A stretch of DNA of 64,000 nucleotides from Parcubacteria group bacterium GW2011_GWA2_42_14 (GTDB taxonomy: Bacteria > Patescibacteriota > Minisyncoccia > Sungbacterales > GWA2-42-14): NCBI GenBank assembly GCA_000998135.1, contig LCCV01000004.1:21681-85680 (forward strand), given 5' to 3'. The stretch's first letter is position 1, and every line of letters starts with the position of its first letter. The notes beneath the pieces are model-generated. The model did no database searches, was not told the DNA's origin, and was given only the letters and a program-made list of their open reading frames with translations. The position numbers and the translations under genes are program-made. Positions 40,394-50,314 of the stretch are shown here, piece after piece.

Positions 40394-41023
40394 ATGAGGT
40401 TAATTTTTATCAATAAAAATCGAAACAATATGCTGAAAAAAGAAGCAATTTGGCGGGAAATTTTAATTCAGGCCCGAATGAATAAAAAGGCAATATTTAC
40501 CCAAAAAGAACTTGCGGCTTATTTTGGCTTTTCTCTAAGCACCGTTTTTAATGCCCTTAAAGTTTTACGGGCGGCGAACATTATATCGGTTAGCGGCAGG
40601 AATTTTCGTTTGGAATCATATCAAAAACTGCTTTATCTCTGGGCTTCGTTTAGGACATTTCGTAATGATTTAGCATATAGCGCGCGAATCGCGCTTGATC
40701 CAAAAAAGATAGAATCATCAGTTCCTCCCGACAGCGACTTTGGTCTTTATAGCGCGTCTGTTCTTTTATATCATATTGAGCCGGCTGACTACGACCATAT
40801 ATATCTGTATGCTGACGAGGCGCGCATCGCCGAAATTTTTGAACGATTTCCCGGGGCGGATCTTTCCTCCAAAAATCCTAATTTTTTTATTCTTAAAAAA
40901 GATCAATGGCTCACGCGGTATGCGGAAATGCCGCTTGAACAGATTTTTGTTGATATTTGGAATGCGCCGGAATGGTATGCAAAAGATTTTTTGAAAAATA
41001 TAGAGGATAAACTTTTGCCGTAA
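40394..41023 (+). CDS. Winged-helix protein, AbiEi-like antitoxin candidate (alternative start 40430)
   Basis: FTQKELA....SLSTVFNAL HTH; QIFVDIW; paired with a nucleotidyltransferase. Confidence 0.65.
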   Translation: MRLIFINKNRNNMLKKEAIWREILIQARMNKKAIFTQKELAAYFGFSLSTVFNALKVLRAANIISVSGRNFRLESYQKLLYLWASFRTFRNDLAYSARIALDPKKIESSVPPDSDFGLYSASVLLYHIEPADYDHIYLYADEARIAEIFERFPGADLSSKNPNFFILKKDQWLTRYAEMPLEQIFVDIWNAPEWYAKDFLKNIEDKLLP

Positions 41024-41140
41024 GGGCAATAGACCTGTTGCTTAATAATTTTTTGGGAAAATTTGATGCAAAAAACCCTTATTTTAAGCCACTAATTTTT
41101 TAAAAAAACGGCTAAAATCTTAATAGACGAAATAATAAAT

Positions 41141-41764
41141 ATGGAACAATTTTGGCACAATATAATTACTGATAAGTCTTTTGTTTTTTTGCAGAAATTA
41201 AGAAAGAAGTTCAAATTTGTTTTAATCGGCGGCTGGGCGGTTTATTTTTATACCCATTCGCTTAAATCAAAGGATATTGATATCATCGTCAATTTTGAAG
41301 AACTGGGGCGTCTTCGTGAATCTTTTGACGTGAGAAAAAACGATCGGCTGAAAAAATATGAAATCCAGCAAGCCGGATTTGATATTGATATTTATGTTCC
41401 GCATTGGTCGGAACTCGGCCTGCCGCTTGAGGACGTTCTCAATACAGCAACGCTTATTGAGGGTTTTCGGGTTCCGGAAAAAGAGGTACTATTCGCGTTA
41501 AAACTATTTGCGTATTCACAAAGAAAATCTTCGCTAAAGGGAAAAAAAGATATGATTGATATCCTAAGTCTTTTATATTCTGGCGGTGCCCGGTTTCCAT
41601 CCCTTTTTAAAATAATTGAAAAATATAATGCCCGCGGCATCGGCGCGGAGCTTAAGGAGATTTTGACGACAGTTTTTGAAGTAAAAGAGTTAAATCTAAA
41701 CCGGAAGCATTTTTCGGACTTTAAGAAACCGATTCTCAAAGAATTGCAATCGAGAAATTTTTAA
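41141..41764 (+). CDS. Nucleotidyltransferase, type IV TA toxin-like
   Basis: LIGGWAV...SKDIDI, KD..D. Confidence 0.7.
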   Translation: MEQFWHNIITDKSFVFLQKLRKKFKFVLIGGWAVYFYTHSLKSKDIDIIVNFEELGRLRESFDVRKNDRLKKYEIQQAGFDIDIYVPHWSELGLPLEDVLNTATLIEGFRVPEKEVLFALKLFAYSQRKSSLKGKKDMIDILSLLYSGGARFPSLFKIIEKYNARGIGAELKEILTTVFEVKELNLNRKHFSDFKKPILKELQSRNF

Positions 41765-41772
41765 ATTTCCCT

Positions 41773-41844
41773 AATTATGGCCCCCGAAAACGCCGGCGCT
41801 TCTGGCTGGCTCTTGTGGAATCCGTCCAATGTTTATACTAAAGA
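41773..41844 (+). repeat. 72-bp direct repeat of the 3' end of the glycoside hydrolase gene (40258-40329)
   Basis: 70/72 identical by manual comparison. Confidence 0.9.
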
Positions 41845-41903
41845 GGCCTTAAGGGGCCGATAAATGTCTTTTAAAGGTCCCTGTTTTATGCTATAATGGG
41901 TAT

Positions 41904-42203
41904 ATGAAACTGCCGCCATTTCTCCATAAATATTTCTGGGATGTGGATTTTAAAAAATTGGATTCTAAAGCAGACGGTCAATATATTATTGAGCGCATTT
42001 TGGAATACGGGGACGAAAAGGCGGTTAATTGGCTGAAAAAAAATATTGAGCGCCGTTTTATCGTGTCAGTTTTAAAAAATTGCCGGTCCCTTTCTCCCCA
42101 AAGCGCTAATTTTTGGGCAGTTATTTTTAGGGTTCCGGCGGCTAAAGTTTTATGTTTAAATAAATCGTTTCTAGAAAGACGTTTTAATCACTGGATTTGG
42201 TAG
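41904..42203 (+). CDS. DUF6922-like protein (usual partner of AbiEii-type nucleotidyltransferases)
   Basis: YFWDVDF..LD....YIIERILEYG...NFW. Confidence 0.75.
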   Translation: MKLPPFLHKYFWDVDFKKLDSKADGQYIIERILEYGDEKAVNWLKKNIERRFIVSVLKNCRSLSPQSANFWAVIFRVPAAKVLCLNKSFLERRFNHWIW

Positions 42204-42327
42204 TTTGATTTATTTTGAAGACGCCGAAAAACAAAAAATGCCCCGTTTGATTAAAAACGTAAGTTGGCTCGCAGTCAAGAATTTTTTTGCAAGCGAAACA
42301 AGGCACATCTGCCTTGAGACTGATTGA
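42202..42327 (+). pseudogene. C-terminal remnant of an AbiEii-like nucleotidyltransferase
   Basis: SLIYFEDAEKQKMPRLIKNVSWLAVKNFF with no N-terminal body. Confidence 0.6.
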
Positions 42328-42502
42328 ACATTTTTTCGTCATTCTGACCCTGAGCGAGACGAAGGGGAAGAATCTTTTAATTAAGCCGCATTTGAGATTC
42401 TTCAGTCGTTCTGCTCCTTCAGAATGACGACCGTATGATAATTATTCAACAGTACCGTTTTAGGAAGTTTATTATTTGAAATAAAAGTGTTATCATGAGT
42501 AT

Positions 42503-42808
42503 ATGCGTCTTGAACATTATCCTGTTGAAAAATTGAAAAAAGAGATTCTGGAAAGTATCGGTCGGCATCTTGACCTTTCGCAGTACCGGGTTTTTTTCTT
42601 TGGTTCGCGCGTTGCCGGCAAGGGCACAGACCGTTCGGATATTGATGTTGGTATTGAAGGAAAAGAGCCTGTGCCGTTTATAATTCTTGAGGATATAAAA
42701 GAAGATTTTGAGAAAATACCAACGTTATATAAAATTGACATAGTTGATTTTTGCCGTGTTGCGCCTAAATTTCGGGTGGTGGCGCTTCAAAAGGTGGAGT
42801 CGCTATGA
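42503..42808 (+). CDS. Minimal nucleotidyltransferase (MNT)
   Basis: FFFGSRVAG....SDIDVG, KIDIVD. Confidence 0.88.
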   Translation: MRLEHYPVEKLKKEILESIGRHLDLSQYRVFFFGSRVAGKGTDRSDIDVGIEGKEPVPFIILEDIKEDFEKIPTLYKIDIVDFCRVAPKFRVVALQKVESL

Positions 42809-42812
42809 AATT

Positions 42813-43202
42813 ATGACAAAATTTCAATCTCTCTATGAAGATTTTCGCAGCGCTCTTGAACGTTTTGACGAGATTCTAAAAGAACCCAAGAATGATATAG
42901 TGCGGGATTCCGCCATTAAGCGGTTTGAATTGGTTTTTGAGCTTGCCTGGAAAACAACTAAGGCTTATCTTGAAGATTACCATAATGGCACTTGCGTATC
43001 GCCACGCGAGTGTTTTCGCGAAGCATTTCGTATCGGCCTAATTGAACATGATGAACACTGGATAGGCATGACTGCCACGAGGAATTATACCGTGCATGCC
43101 TATAAACAAGCGCTTGCTGAAAAGATATATGTTGAGTTGCCTCAAACACTTATAATGTTTAAAAAACTCGCCGAAGCCTTCGAAAAAAATAAATCCGCTT
43201 AA
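42813..43202 (+). CDS. HI0074-like HEPN protein
   Basis: RDSAIKRFE..FELAWK, SPR, RNYTVHAY. Confidence 0.88.
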   Translation: MTKFQSLYEDFRSALERFDEILKEPKNDIVRDSAIKRFELVFELAWKTTKAYLEDYHNGTCVSPRECFREAFRIGLIEHDEHWIGMTATRNYTVHAYKQALAEKIYVELPQTLIMFKKLAEAFEKNKSA

Positions 43203-43347
43203 GGAATGGCCTGTTATTCTTTTTTAACTCAGTTCGATTGTCGCCGAAATGAGTCTTTGTTTTATAGCAAAAAAGCGAAATGAATAAAGCTGTTTAATTA
43301 GGCATTAATCGTAAATAATTTTCCGATTTCAAAAGTTTCCAACGTAA

Positions 43348-44157
43348 CTAATAGGGAGTGAAGGTAAGGATAATACCCCATTCTTTTTTTGCCCATTCTT
43401 GTAGAGCTTTTAACTCGTGTTCAGTAACGCCCGCCGAATTGCTATAGAATTTTTCCTGCTTATCTTTTAATTGTAAGTCAAGAACAAATTCCATTGTTTC
43501 ATGGGGCAGCGCTATTAACAGTTCCTCGTCGGTTTTTCCTCGTTTTTTTTCGTATTGCAAGCTTTTTGTAATTTCTTCCATTTTAGGATGAGAAGGGTCT
43601 ACATCATATTCCCAAATCCCGGCAGGATCCAGTACCGAATGTTTTAACTGGTAACGCATCCCTTGTTCTTTCATAAAAATTTTTTGCCTAAGCAGGGTAA
43701 GAATGTCCGCGGAGGAAGGAAGGAACGGAAATTTTGTTTTTTTGTCGCGTTTAGCTTCTTGAATGGTTTCCGGAGGCAGTAGTTTTTTCTTTTCAGCCAT
43801 AAGAATGGGATGAGTATGGACAAAATGCATCATTTCTATTTTTGCGTCTTCCAGGAGCGGAAGTAGGTCTATGCTCTGGCCCATATCTTCCATCATAACC
43901 CCTTCAATATTAAGCCAGCCCTCGGTTTTATTTTTTTTAACGTACGCAAAAAACCTTTCTTGTTTTTCTTCAAATACTGCCGTCCTTAAACGGTCGAGGC
44001 CCTGTGCAAACGTTTCATTAAAGAATTCTCTCGCGGGCAATAATTTTTCCAGTTCCGCCAGAGCGCGTTTGGAAGAAAAAATTTCTGCAAAAAAAGCCCC
44101 GCCGGCCAAACCGGTTTTCAAAAATTCTCTTCGCGATAATTTTTCTTCCTCGGCCAT
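43348..44157 (-). CDS. Hypothetical protein with SRREFLK leader and JAB-like HTHP...PS..D motif
   Basis: ATG 44157 preferred because the upstream extension runs through a REP-like element. Confidence 0.65.
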   Translation of the reverse strand: MAEEEKLSRREFLKTGLAGGAFFAEIFSSKRALAELEKLLPAREFFNETFAQGLDRLRTAVFEEKQERFFAYVKKNKTEGWLNIEGVMMEDMGQSIDLLPLLEDAKIEMMHFVHTHPILMAEKKKLLPPETIQEAKRDKKTKFPFLPSSADILTLLRQKIFMKEQGMRYQLKHSVLDPAGIWEYDVDPSHPKMEEITKSLQYEKKRGKTDEELLIALPHETMEFVLDLQLKDKQEKFYSNSAGVTEHELKALQEWAKKEWGIILTFTPY

Positions 44158-44369
44158 AATGATTGCGTTAATTATGTTGAAATAGTCGTCATTCTGAGGC
44201 CGCAGCCGAAGAATCTCAACAAAATTTGTAAGATTCTTCCCCTTCGCACCGCTCATGGTCAGAATGACGCGCTAGCTATACGGCCCCAGAGCGAGTACTA
44301 TTTCAACAGACACTAACTAAACAGCGATAGGAAATTAGGTGCAACCTGTTGGCGGCATTCGAGCGCTGA

Positions 44370-45635
44370 CTAAAAGTAAGATAGCGGTATAAATTTAATT
44401 TTGGTTTTGCCGATTTTTTCTTCTCCCAGATAATCTTTGGTTAAAATCAGAGCCGTCGGGGGTTTAAATTTTTCTATAAAACTAAATAAACTTTTGCCGA
44501 CTAATCGCTTAGAAACATATTTAATTTCTATCGGATAAACCGACTGTTCTTTTTCAATGATAAAATCCACCTCGGCCTTGGCTTTGGTGCGCCAGTATTT
44601 AATGTGCCCGCCAAAGAAATTTTTAAGCAGGATAAATCCATAGTTTTCCGCGAGATTTCCCGCGTCATTTCTTAGTTCTAAGGCGCGCCAATCCGCTAAA
44701 GAATAATTTCTCAATCCCAAATCATTAAAATAAACTTTGGGATTTTTAACCAATTCCGTCCGTTTATTGACAAAAAACGGAAGGACAAAAGAAACAACAT
44801 AAGTTTTAACCAATATATTTAAATGTTTTTTGAGTTCCGGATAGTTCAGGCCCGAGGCATTAGATAATTCTTGATATTTAACAATGCGGCCAATTTGCCC
44901 CGCCAGAAATTTCCCTAATCTTTCAAGTTCCAGGTCGGTCGCCAAACGAAGAAGTTCCTTAATATCTTTTAAAAGATATTTTTCATAGATGCTTTCTAAA
45001 ATCTTTTTTTTCTCCTCCGGCTTCTCCGATAAAACCGCCGCCGGATAACCGCCGAAAATCATATATTCTTCAAGCAGTCCGGCCAATTTTGCATTTATTT
45101 CCCGGCCAAAAACATTACGCAGGTCAAAATCAAAAATGTCGCCGTGGGGCATACTCTCCAAAAGATTATATATTTCTTTGTCGCGCGCTAATAAAAATTC
45201 CCTGAAGGAAAAGGGGTTGAGCGGGAATTCAATAAGCCGTCCCACCATATATTTGCCGGTCTGAAAAGTTAGTTCCAGCGACGACGACCCGGAAATAATA
45301 AATTTTACCGGCGTAGTGTCGTAGAGATACTTTAATTTCTGGCCTCCTTCCAGGCCGTACTGGAATTCGTCAATAAAAACGACTTCATACTGTTGAACTA
45401 TTTTTTTGAAATCTTCAATGTTCTGGTTAAACAATTCTAAATCCGCCCTTTTTTCAAAAGTAATAAACCTGATTTTTTGTCCTTCCCGCTTAATCCGGTC
45501 AGCTAAATTTTCAATAAAGGTTGTTTTGCCAGCCTGCCTTGGTCCGACAATGGAAATGGCTTCTTTTCTGGCCAAAAATGGCTCTATAACAGCTTCCAAT
45601 TGCCTCGGTATATAAATAATCCTGCTATTATTCAT
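44370..45635 (-). CDS. AAA+ ATPase (AAA_14 + DUF4143 type)
   Basis: GPRQAGKT, IDEFQ, SGSSS, GGYP, KVYFND.G, EVDF, IEIK. Confidence 0.9.
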   Translation of the reverse strand: MNNSRIIYIPRQLEAVIEPFLARKEAISIVGPRQAGKTTFIENLADRIKREGQKIRFITFEKRADLELFNQNIEDFKKIVQQYEVVFIDEFQYGLEGGQKLKYLYDTTPVKFIISGSSSLELTFQTGKYMVGRLIEFPLNPFSFREFLLARDKEIYNLLESMPHGDIFDFDLRNVFGREINAKLAGLLEEYMIFGGYPAAVLSEKPEEKKKILESIYEKYLLKDIKELLRLATDLELERLGKFLAGQIGRIVKYQELSNASGLNYPELKKHLNILVKTYVVSFVLPFFVNKRTELVKNPKVYFNDLGLRNYSLADWRALELRNDAGNLAENYGFILLKNFFGGHIKYWRTKAKAEVDFIIEKEQSVYPIEIKYVSKRLVGKSLFSFIEKFKPPTALILTKDYLGEEKIGKTKIKFIPLSYF

Positions 45636-45877
45636 AATATATATATTTTAGCAGGGTTATAATTTTAGTCAAGTTAGTTATTCACAGGCACAGAACTCTA
45701 CACGCAAAAGAGAATCGTCCCAGTTTTTTTAAGCGACGCGGCCACCGAGTATTCTTTTGCCAATTTTTAAGAAGAGGAAATTGGTTGCCTTGGTGCCCGG
45801 CGCTATATTTGACTTTTTTAGCCACACTATGCTATAATTAAAGTGCTGTAAAAATCCTACAAAAGGGGGTAGCAGCA

Positions 45878-46279
45878 ATGGTCTTTGTCAGAAATTTAGC
45901 GTTTTTTGTTGTTCTTATTGCGGTTCTGTCGTTTGTTTTTGTTTTACCCGTGTTTGCCGAGTCAAATTTTCAGCCACAGAACTTGATTGGCGAATGGTGG
46001 GCTGATTGGAATTATAGAAATATTGTGAGCGGTAAGTTATTTTTGACTATATTATCCGTTGAAGGAATAAAAGTTTCCGGTAAGTTCGAGCTTACCGGCG
46101 CTAAGGCACCAAATGAAGAATTTAAAGATGGCATTCTCGAAGGGAATACGCTTAAGATTACAACTGAATATCAGTATATTGAACTTGTTTTTGAAGGTAA
46201 GACGTTGTCTGGTTTTGCCTTGAGCGATCCTTATAAGGCAACGCGTTCAGAAATTAAAAATGGCGTTAAGGTAAAATAA
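45878..46279 (+). CDS. Secreted hypothetical protein
   Basis: Signal peptide ending VFA; own promoter and RBS. Confidence 0.7.
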   Translation: MVFVRNLAFFVVLIAVLSFVFVLPVFAESNFQPQNLIGEWWADWNYRNIVSGKLFLTILSVEGIKVSGKFELTGAKAPNEEFKDGILEGNTLKITTEYQYIELVFEGKTLSGFALSDPYKATRSEIKNGVKVK

Positions 46280-46391
46280 AGATAGAAATTGAAAAGGGCC
46301 CCCCTCCCCTTTTTATTTTTCATTCTAAAAATTTTAGTGTTCTGTATTTTTGCTGCGTAGTTTGAATTAAAAATAATTTTAAAAATAAATT

Positions 46392-46444
46392 GCCCGTCAT
46401 GCAGTTAAGCCCTCTTTTGTAGAGGACCGTTCTGCATGACGGGC
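46392..46444. terminator. Long hairpin between convergent genes
   Basis: GCCCGTCATGCAG / CTGCATGACGGGC perfect 13-bp stem. Confidence 0.55.
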
Positions 46445-46454
46445 CAGTTCTTGA

Positions 46455-46895
46455 CTAAGCGCCCTCCTTTGAGGTTCTTTTGAACTCGAAAGTGCCGCTG
46501 TCGTATTTGTTTTTGTACGTTCCTCTAATGAGGAGCGGATTGACAAGCCAGAACATCATTTCAGTGCTGTTATCGAGGGTACCGATATCGCTGGAAGGAG
46601 CGTCAATCAGGATTTTGCCGTTCTCGAATTTTCCGATTGACATGGAGGAGTACGGCGGGGCAGGCGGTTCGGGCGTTTGAAACATCACCACCGTTACGGT
46701 ATTTGTTTCGGTGTCTGGAGCAAAAGCTGCATGCACCGGCGCATTATCGTGTTTTGGAGCGTCCGAAACCCATTTTCCGGTCCAGATGCCCTGGAAAAGC
46801 ATGATATTGAATTCTTCCGCGGTCGCCGGTAGAACGGTAAACAGCGAGATGAGTAGTGAAACGGTAAGCGAAAGAGCGGCGTTTTTCTTCAACAT
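46455..46895 (-). CDS. Secreted hypothetical protein
   Basis: Signal peptide ending ATA; GIWTGKW beta-rich body. Confidence 0.7.
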   Translation of the reverse strand: MLKKNAALSLTVSLLISLFTVLPATAEEFNIMLFQGIWTGKWVSDAPKHDNAPVHAAFAPDTETNTVTVVMFQTPEPPAPPYSSMSIGKFENGKILIDAPSSDIGTLDNSTEMMFWLVNPLLIRGTYKNKYDSGTFEFKRTSKEGA

Positions 46896-47229
46896 TGAAT
46901 CCCTCTTATTCTTGTTGTTGGTATGTTTAGATTGTTGTGGAAGAACCTCTTATTTTATTATATCAAAATTAAATAAATTTGTCAATAGTATTGACATAAT
47001 TCGCGCATTTATTGTTGAATTGGTATGATTTTAAGCCATTTTATGAGTATACTAAAAATTTAAAATAAGTCTACCAATTGTAAAATAGATAGAATTTTAC
47101 AAAAGCATATTGTATAAAGCAACCGGTGGTAAAAGTGGTGGAAAAATCCTTATTAATATTTTGTTTGACAAGTAAGTAAATATAGTGCTATTTTGGTGTA
47201 AGCGCTTTAACAATGGTTAAGGATTGGGT

Positions 47230-48126
47230 ATGAAACTTTTAGGCACCGGCCTTGCGCTTCCTTCAACGGAGGTCAAGAATGAAGATATCGCTTTTATACT
47301 GCCATCAGATGTTATAGAACGAAAGACAGGTATTCGATCTCGATACATAGTTAGCGACGAAACCGTGAGCCAGATGGCTGCAAAAGCTGTTAGGGAAGCT
47401 TGCCAATCAGCCAAGCTTCCCATTGAAGACATTCAGCATATTGTTTGTTCAACTAATTCAGGAGAACAATGGGTGCCGCCTACGGTTGCTCGCGTTGCCA
47501 GGCATCTAGGATATTGCGGTCCCGGTTTTGATATCAATGCGGCGTGTGTCGGAAGCATTACGGCTTTGCGTCTCGCGCTTTTTTTGCCAAGTCCGTCTGC
47601 TGTTGTAGCTACCGAGCATGTAACGCCTTTTACCGTGCAGCAACCAGGCGATTGGCCTTCTGTTATTTTTGGTGATGGAGCTGGTGCGGCAGTTATTGAA
47701 GCAGGAAAGTCGCTAATTGGATGGGTTGGCGGCATGAATCCCGAAGGCCACGACTGGATTCAAGTTCCAAAAGGCGGGTACTGCCAGATGAATGGGCCAA
47801 AACTTTTAGAATCTGCGATTCCGCTTATGACCGCCGCACTTACTAATGCCGCTAAGCAGTGTGGTTTACATCCTAAAGAGCTGGATATAATTATACCGCA
47901 TCAGGCAAATCTTCGGATTATAGAAGCATGCATGCAAAAATGGAACGTTTCATCCGAGCGAGTGATAATAACAGTAGATAAATTCGGGAATACTTCTTCT
48001 GCCTCTGTCTTAATGGCGCTTGCCTGGGCGAATCTACATGGAAAGATCAGACGCGGTCAGTGGATTGGCTTAGTTGGATTTGGAGCAGGTCTTATATGGG
48101 AAGCATTGGTGACACGATTGGAATAA
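47230..48126 (+). CDS. fabH: 3-oxoacyl-ACP synthase III-like ketosynthase (FabH family)
   Basis: AACVGS, FGDGAGA, PHQAN, GNTSSAS, FGAG: Cys-His-Asn triad present. Confidence 0.88.
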   Translation: MKLLGTGLALPSTEVKNEDIAFILPSDVIERKTGIRSRYIVSDETVSQMAAKAVREACQSAKLPIEDIQHIVCSTNSGEQWVPPTVARVARHLGYCGPGFDINAACVGSITALRLALFLPSPSAVVATEHVTPFTVQQPGDWPSVIFGDGAGAAVIEAGKSLIGWVGGMNPEGHDWIQVPKGGYCQMNGPKLLESAIPLMTAALTNAAKQCGLHPKELDIIIPHQANLRIIEACMQKWNVSSERVIITVDKFGNTSSASVLMALAWANLHGKIRRGQWIGLVGFGAGLIWEALVTRLE

Positions 48127-48162
48127 TTTATATAAACAAAACCCAACAAAGGAGGAACCACA

Positions 48163-48936
48163 ATGCAAGCATTGCTTTTGGATAATACTGCGGTGGACGA
48201 GGTGATGAAATTTTATAAGACAAATGCAGAAGACGAGGTTCTTTATCCACGAAATCCAGATTGGATAAAAGAACATTTAGGAGATGATTTCTTTTTAACC
48301 GGCATTCTGACGGGCGAGGGTGAAGAGTTGATTGCTGTGGCATGGATGGCTAAGTTGAAAAATTTTGTTTACTTTACGGTTGAGAACGAAAAACTTTTTA
48401 TCAGAAACGACGGCAGTTATGCATACAGCGGCGGATGGTATATTAGGCCTGATTATCGCGGTATGGGAATGTTTAAGCTGCTTGCCGCTACAGTCAATCT
48501 ATTTTGGTTCACTAAAATAAACAAGAATGAATCTGTTCCTTTGTGGGGGCGGATGGTGGGACAGAAGGATGCGGATGGTAGCCCGCTTTTTTGGAACCGA
48601 GTCGGCGAAAGAGTAACAGGGTTACCTTATCATGAACTTTTAGCGCTTCCTTTCGGAACCATGGAGCAAGTAATTTTTGACAGCTGGCCGAAAGATCCCA
48701 TACCTTTGACATGCATCCCGCAGGACATTCTTCGGCAGACGCTGGGTAAAACTCATGAGTCTTTGACCGGCCCTCTTAATCAATTCATTAGGTGGGGGTG
48801 TATAGAAGTTACCGATCGTTTTGTGCCCACGTCTCTTAATCGTTTTCATGTTACTACTAAAAATAGCATTTCTGATCCGGAAAAATTTTTTTATCAAGCG
48901 CTTTCCAAAGTTCTTAATTCCATAAGTGCTGCCTAG
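48163..48936 (+). CDS. GNAT acyltransferase, arginine N-succinyltransferase (AstA)-like
   Basis: YIRPDYRGMG CoA-binding motif; DADGSPLFW..VG and LGKTH segments parallel AstA. Confidence 0.6.
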   Translation: MQALLLDNTAVDEVMKFYKTNAEDEVLYPRNPDWIKEHLGDDFFLTGILTGEGEELIAVAWMAKLKNFVYFTVENEKLFIRNDGSYAYSGGWYIRPDYRGMGMFKLLAATVNLFWFTKINKNESVPLWGRMVGQKDADGSPLFWNRVGERVTGLPYHELLALPFGTMEQVIFDSWPKDPIPLTCIPQDILRQTLGKTHESLTGPLNQFIRWGCIEVTDRFVPTSLNRFHVTTKNSISDPEKFFYQALSKVLNSISAA

Positions 48937-49030
48937 AAAATTCTATCAGTGAAATGTTCGTATAAAAATAAGGCCAGTCGCAATGTGACTGGCTTTTTCT
49001 TGGTAATTTTTCTCAGGGTTTGTACCATTT

Positions 49031-50308
49031 TCAGATGTTTTGGAAAGGTTTAATAATTTCGGCTGGAGGAAGTATGCGGCTGCCTTTTAGCGAAACATCA
49101 TATTTTATCTCAATCGGTTTTATGCGTTTTCGCCGTATTGCGTCGCCGAGCGATTCAGTTGGCGATATGCGCACCTCCCGTTCCAAGATTTCTTTGATGG
49201 TGCTTGTAATAAACGGGGTTGGTTCGTTGATTGGCCGGATGGTGAGGCATAAAAAGAGCAGAAGAAGATTATTTTCCGTAATTTGTTCTATTTGCAGTTC
49301 AAAATCTTCGGTAAAAAATCCCGTAAGTTTTCCAAGCGCCCGTTTTATCGCTTCTTCCCGAAATACAAAGTTTCCGATTTTATATGATTTTTCCGAGTCC
49401 CGGGGGCCAATTACGCCGATTGTTCCATCAGAAAATCCGCATGAACATTTAAAGCCGTTTTTTATAATCATACGGTCTCCCGTATTATATCGTATGAGGG
49501 GTGCAGGAAGCTGGTGAAGCGCTGTAACGATGGATAAGCCGTTAACCGTCTCGAAAATAAAATCTTGAGTATTAAGATGATAAGCGTTCGGGCTTATAGC
49601 TTCTAAGGTGGCGCAAAGAGAAGATCTCATGCCCATAGATGACGGCCCCTCGGTCATGGCGTAGATATAAAGTATTAGCGCTCTTGGATAAACGTGTTTT
49701 AAAAGTGAAATGGCGGCGGAGGTGAGCGGTTCGCCTGTAAGATACAGAAACATAATGTGCGATGGTGAATATCCTTGTTGTTCCAGTGTTTTGGCAAAAG
49801 ATACTGCGGTTGATGGGCGGATACCCAGCCAGTCGACTTCCATTTCGCGCGCGATGTTAGCTGAAAGGATAAAATCGTTAATATCTCCCAAAGATATAAT
49901 AGAACCGGGTGGAAAAAATTGTCCCTGAAGTCCAGCGCCGATAGACGCCGCAGCATTACTTGCGGGTCGTAGCATGAGGCATGATTTGGGAGATTTATTA
50001 GTCAGTTTTTGAATAAAGTTATAATAAGGCGGTATAAAGTGGTGCGATTTAATAGTTATGAGGGGCCGTCCGCCGGTGCCGCTTGAAATATCGGCAAAGT
50101 AGTAGTAATTATTTGAGGTAAATATTGTTCGGTCCTGTACCGATATCGAAAGGAGGTCTTCTTTTGTCAAAATAGGAATTTTTTTTAAGTCATTGTCGTT
50201 TTGAAAATCTTTTTCAGGAAAAAATTCATTTCTTTTCCATAATTCACGATAAAAGTTTGAATTTTGCCATACATAATTTATGAGTTCAACGAGTTTAGTA
50301 GGTTTCAT
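49031..50308 (-). CDS. Phenylacetate-CoA ligase / CapK-like adenylate-forming enzyme
   Basis: PILTKEDL, SSGTGG, GE, YAMTE, PLIRYNTGD. Confidence 0.82.
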   Translation of the reverse strand: MKPTKLVELINYVWQNSNFYRELWKRNEFFPEKDFQNDNDLKKIPILTKEDLLSISVQDRTIFTSNNYYYFADISSGTGGRPLITIKSHHFIPPYYNFIQKLTNKSPKSCLMLRPASNAAASIGAGLQGQFFPPGSIISLGDINDFILSANIAREMEVDWLGIRPSTAVSFAKTLEQQGYSPSHIMFLYLTGEPLTSAAISLLKHVYPRALILYIYAMTEGPSSMGMRSSLCATLEAISPNAYHLNTQDFIFETVNGLSIVTALHQLPAPLIRYNTGDRMIIKNGFKCSCGFSDGTIGVIGPRDSEKSYKIGNFVFREEAIKRALGKLTGFFTEDFELQIEQITENNLLLLFLCLTIRPINEPTPFITSTIKEILEREVRISPTESLGDAIRRKRIKPIEIKYDVSLKGSRILPPAEIIKPFQNI

Positions 50309-50314
50309 GTTATT

